The notes under the pieces are model-generated. The model was given only the letters and a program-made list of their open reading frames with translations. It did not search any database and was not told where the DNA came from. Shown here in pieces: positions 50,552-54,415 of a DNA stretch of 54,415 nucleotides. Source of the DNA: Sanchytrium tribonematis (lineage: Eukaryota); contig JADGIG010000012.1 of the NCBI GenBank assembly GCA_018985235.1, positions 1 through 54,415 on the forward strand, given 5' to 3'. Position 1 is the first letter of the stretch. Each line of letters starts with the position of its first letter. Position numbers and translations under genes: made by a program.

Positions 50552-53500
50552 TCACTTCTTCAAAACTGCCTTTGCTCTGGTCTTGGCGGAATCTGCAACA
50601 TGTTCTGCCTTCTTCTTTGCGACTTCAGCCTTATTTTTGACTTGTCCAATCTTGACACTGATAGGACTCTCAGGGGCACGCCCACCAGAATCAATTTGTC
50701 GTTGTCGTTGCTTTTGTTTGTACATTTTTCTAGTTTGTGTACAAGTTACAATTAAAGCACTAGATACTGCCAAAATGATCACCACAGCAACAGCTATGGT
50801 AAGGCCACCCAGTTTGTCATGAGTAAGCTCATTGCTCTTGTCAGTGTCATTTCTCTTAAACGAATTGCTAGAAGTGTAATACAAAAGTCCTGCGCCCAAT
50901 GCTAATACAGCAGCGGCATCACAGAATGTTTCCACCATATTTAAGTGCTGTTCTTTATATGGTCTGTAATGTATTATCGCAACAAGGTATAATGTTAAAC
51001 AAACTTGAACTGCTATCGCTTGAATTCCAATATAATTCGCAAAGAAAACATTTGTCAAAATAACAAAAAGCTTTAAAAATAATTGGACAGGAATAAAAAT
51101 ATCCAGACCAGGCTTAAAATTGTTGTGACTTCCAGTCAAAATCTTATTGCTAACATATCTGCAGTTTTCCCAAGCCTTAGTTTTAAATTTCTTTTGCTCT
51201 TTAGTGACAAAAAAGAATACATAAATGACTGGTATACCCAATATGTAGAAGATCAAACTCAAAACACCAATTGGTAAATGGGCATACCAAGTCAAATTAT
51301 AGCACTCTACATCAGGGGCCTGTACTAAAAAGTATTTTGTGGTATCACCGTACTGGATTTTACGGCATGAGAAATACGATATTCCCATATTAGCAATGTT
51401 AACATATAACAGAGTAACTGCAATGTAATTCATTTTCAAACCAAGATACAAATTATCCATAAATTTTTCACGAGGGTAACTCCAATTGACTACAAAATTG
51501 ATTTTTGTAAATTTTTGAAGCTGTGGTAGTCTGGTTGGGATTGGAGTTTTCAATAAAAGCTTTTTGATGAAACCAAAAATTGTGAAAATTGGATATTTAA
51601 AATGAGGACTGAGCCATATTGGAAAAGTCACAAAAATTGCCAAAAATATGAGCGGAATCACAAAAATACTGATAAATTTGTCATAATAACTGACAGCTCC
51701 ACCAGAAAGACACTCGGGTGCAGTGACATCCAATGAAAATGACAAATTTCCAAAAAAACTCAAGACTCCTGACAAAAGGGGTGGCCATTGAAGTTCCATA
51801 TTATTCATAATATACAAGTACTGTCCGAAATTGATCAAAATAGTGATAGCTGCCAAACTGACTCCTTTCCTTAATAAATAGAATATGACTAATCCCAAAA
51901 ATATAATCACAATAACCATGATTGCAATCATTTCCTGTCTTGTATTTTTACATTTAGTACACTTCAGTCCACTTCGATAGTAGCCCGGAGTGCAAGTGCT
52001 ACACCTATCACCAGTATATCCAATTGTGCAATTTCCATTTGCGCATGACTCTTCTGGTGTACATTGCTAGATTAGTAGAAATTACGAGAAAAGTTCCAGT
52101 AAATGCATCGAATTTCCAACCGTCTTGAGCAACAGGCATTAATGCGCCTGAATCATCACATGCAGCACCATCTGGGCATTTTTCACAAGCTCTATAAATA
52201 TAATCTGATTTCAACTTATTGACAAAATATTTTCTTTTATAAACATTTGGAAAAAAGCCAGGATCGCAGTCCAAAGTAAGCTGCATTTCACAAGTAGAAT
52301 TAACACCATCTACAAATAATCCAAAAGTCAAGCTTCCTAATATGTTAGTACTATTGTCAATCGTAGAATTGATAAAATAGTAAAAGTCATTCATAGAATC
52401 GTTTTTCAAATTAACCATTCCATCTACAAGTCCCTCATTGTTGTAGATTCCACCAATGGATGGGCTATGTGATACCTTTGCTTTTAAAGAATAAGGCATA
52501 AAATTGTAAATTCTATTGGGATCTGAAACTTTAATGTCTCTAAATATGTTAAATTTTCGAAACAAACAGTCACCAATGCAATCTAGCGAATAATTACTAC
52601 TTACAGCAACTGGTCCGCAATTTATAATAGTTGGTTGAATATTTTTAGGATTGATATCCAATGAATAAGTAAATAAACTATTTGTGAAACCATCATTAGC
52701 CTCAGCCAAAATATCGAATGAACCCTCCATCAATTCTGGAATCTTAAAATAGAGAAATCCATTGTATTTGGTTTCCAAATGTCTTGTTTCATTGATGGGC
52801 TGTAATTTACCATCAAGTAAATTTTTACCTGCAGTAGTTCGTAGATCATAAGGAACATCACTAACATACCATTTAAAATTTTGAATAGCATTAGGATCAA
52901 CAAATTGATCTAATGGGCTTAAAAATGTGAGATTTAAATTGAATTGATCCAAGTCCAGATCAACAAACGCATTTTGAATTTGGACCTCCCAGTAAGTTGT
53001 TCCTTCTGATATAGTTTCATTTTTCGTCAAACGAGGCACACGATTACCAAATTGCAAGTTGCTGATTTGAGTTGTCAAATTTCCAAGTTTTAGAAAAGTT
53101 TTAAATTCGCAAAAATTCTCGCCTTTCAGCATATTGGGCAAGACAATTGTGATACTATTATCAGTCCATATACAAGATTGTTTTTGAGTCTGGCAATCTA
53201 ATGTCACATTGTAATTTTTGCACAGAAACACTATTTCTCTTCGATCCATTGATCTTTCTATTTGATCTCCAAATCCTTTTCCATTAATTTGCAGCTTGTT
53301 TCCTTCAACAAACACAGGAGTTTTACTCAGATATCGACTAAGAGTTTTCACAGAAGACTGTGTAATGTATTGAATATTTGTAAATATCATTTTGTTGTAA
53401 GCATAAAATAGATTTTTTGAAGTCAAATTCATGACATGCACTTTTTCACCCATTTGGACAACATCCACAATATCAATTCTAGAGCCATACAGTCTAGGAA

Positions 53501-54413
53501 CATTAAAGTACAAAAATTCATTGGTATTTTTACAACTATCAGCAGGAATGCTGTATAATTTTTGCCCGTCAACCTGAACATGCACAATAAATGTTTGTTG
53601 ATTAAACTGCTCTCCACACGCTGGATTTTTACTCGTACTGTATCCCAAATTAATAAATTCTATCACATACAAATTTCGAGTCGCATCAGCAACTGAAAAT
53701 ATCGAGTTTCTAACTTTTTGTGTGATTGGAATTGCATTCGTAATGTATCCATCAACAAATGTCCATTTTTTAACATTAAGCAGTCCAACAGGAAGAATGT
53801 CATGTCCAATAGTTAGCTGTAAATTGTAATTATCAAAGGCACAAGCATCCTCAACAAGTGGCAAATGAAACGATAATTCATTATTTTCCCATTTCAAAGA
53901 TTGGCCACTGCTTATTAAATATGAAGCATTGATTCCCAAATTTCTAGAGTCTATTAAGCTGAAATTTGTTCCAAAATTTTGACCCGTAATTGTCAAAATG
54001 AATGAGCCAGTGATACATGGATAGTCTTGAGCCAAAAACGAATTTAAAGAAATAGTTTCATTCTTGTATTTTGCAAATCCACCCGTCAGTATTGGTGATC
54101 TTTGAGTTAATTTAGTAGGCTCCAAAGTTGCATCCAAAATAAATCCAGTCATTCCAGTTGAAGATGCTAGATCTGTGTTGAAAAAGTATTGCAAATCAAC
54201 TAGTTGTAAATTACCAGTGGCATACGGAAGATATCCATATCCATTCAAATTGTTGCAAAATTGAATTGGAATTTTGAATGGGTTGATTAAATCGCCCTGA
54301 ATGGTTGCTGTTACATTAAATGGTAGAGACAAGTCATTTTGACACTGAGTAGGACTCAAAAACCATTCTGAAGTAATATTGACTCTGGAATGTGTTGAGT
54401 TGTATGTGATAGA
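50552..54413 (-). CDS. Large receptor-like multipass membrane protein: IPT/TIG-like beta ectodomain, Cys-rich region, multi-TM C-terminus; 5' end outside window
   Basis: LTITGQNFG, LQINGKGFG; CDPG..CEKCPDGAAC..C.PEESC..C..GYTGDRCSTCTPGYY; many TM helices with APECL, FSC, RPYK; frame open to window edge; intron 52067-52085. Confidence 0.85.
52067..52085 (-). other. 19-nt spliceosomal intron (phase 0) with TACTAAT branch site
   Basis: GTAATTTCTACTAATCTAG; removal joins GTFL|QCTPEESC into the 50552-51931 frame. Confidence 0.92.
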
Positions 54414-54415
54414 AT

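Noticed and set aside
6337..52085. Programmed frameshifts, sequencing indels or pseudogenes as the cause of split ORFs
   Set aside because: Every break contains a GTA...AG segment with shared positional consensus, and exact removal restores the frame and conserved motifs without extra residues
2366..53617. Many short antisense or alternate-frame ORFs in the track (e.g. 2798-3259, 6997-7302, 11969-12274, 27136-27522, 39207-39602)
   Set aside because: Shadows of well-supported genes with no recognisable motifs; many start at non-ATG codons
1..54415. Stop-codon reassignment
   Set aside because: TAA, TAG and TGA all terminate genes at expected positions; no in-frame stops remain in conserved genes after splicing
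1..54415. tRNA, rRNA, telomeric repeats, CRISPR arrays
   Set aside because: None recognised by eye; tRNAscan-SE/Infernal not run

Overview
AT-rich, extremely gene-dense eukaryotic nuclear DNA using the standard code. About 40 mostly unrelated housekeeping genes are present (proteasome alpha6, GAD, UGDH, CWC22, IRE1, ARP5, NBP35, BCS1, EXO1, PKA-R, DGAT2, ARG8 and others). They look fungal/holomycotan, and I infer an early-diverging, compact-genome lineage; the taxon is not determined. Main result: every ORF break inside an intact gene is repaired by an ultra-short GT-AG intron. There are eight (seven 19 nt, one 20 nt), all matching GTA-N7/8-YTWAY-N-WAG with an invariant putative branch A six nt from the 3' end. 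Other signals: a single 1047-aa LeuB-LeuC-LeuD-type triple fusion; an orientation-independent CTCCT/AGGAG element just upstream of many ATGs and shared by divergent gene pairs; AATAAA fused to TAA stops; overlapping convergent genes; a decayed Helitron-like RepHel fragment at the left edge; and a candidate structured ncRNA at ~5.72-5.91 kb. All family calls come from motif recognition by eye, not database searches.
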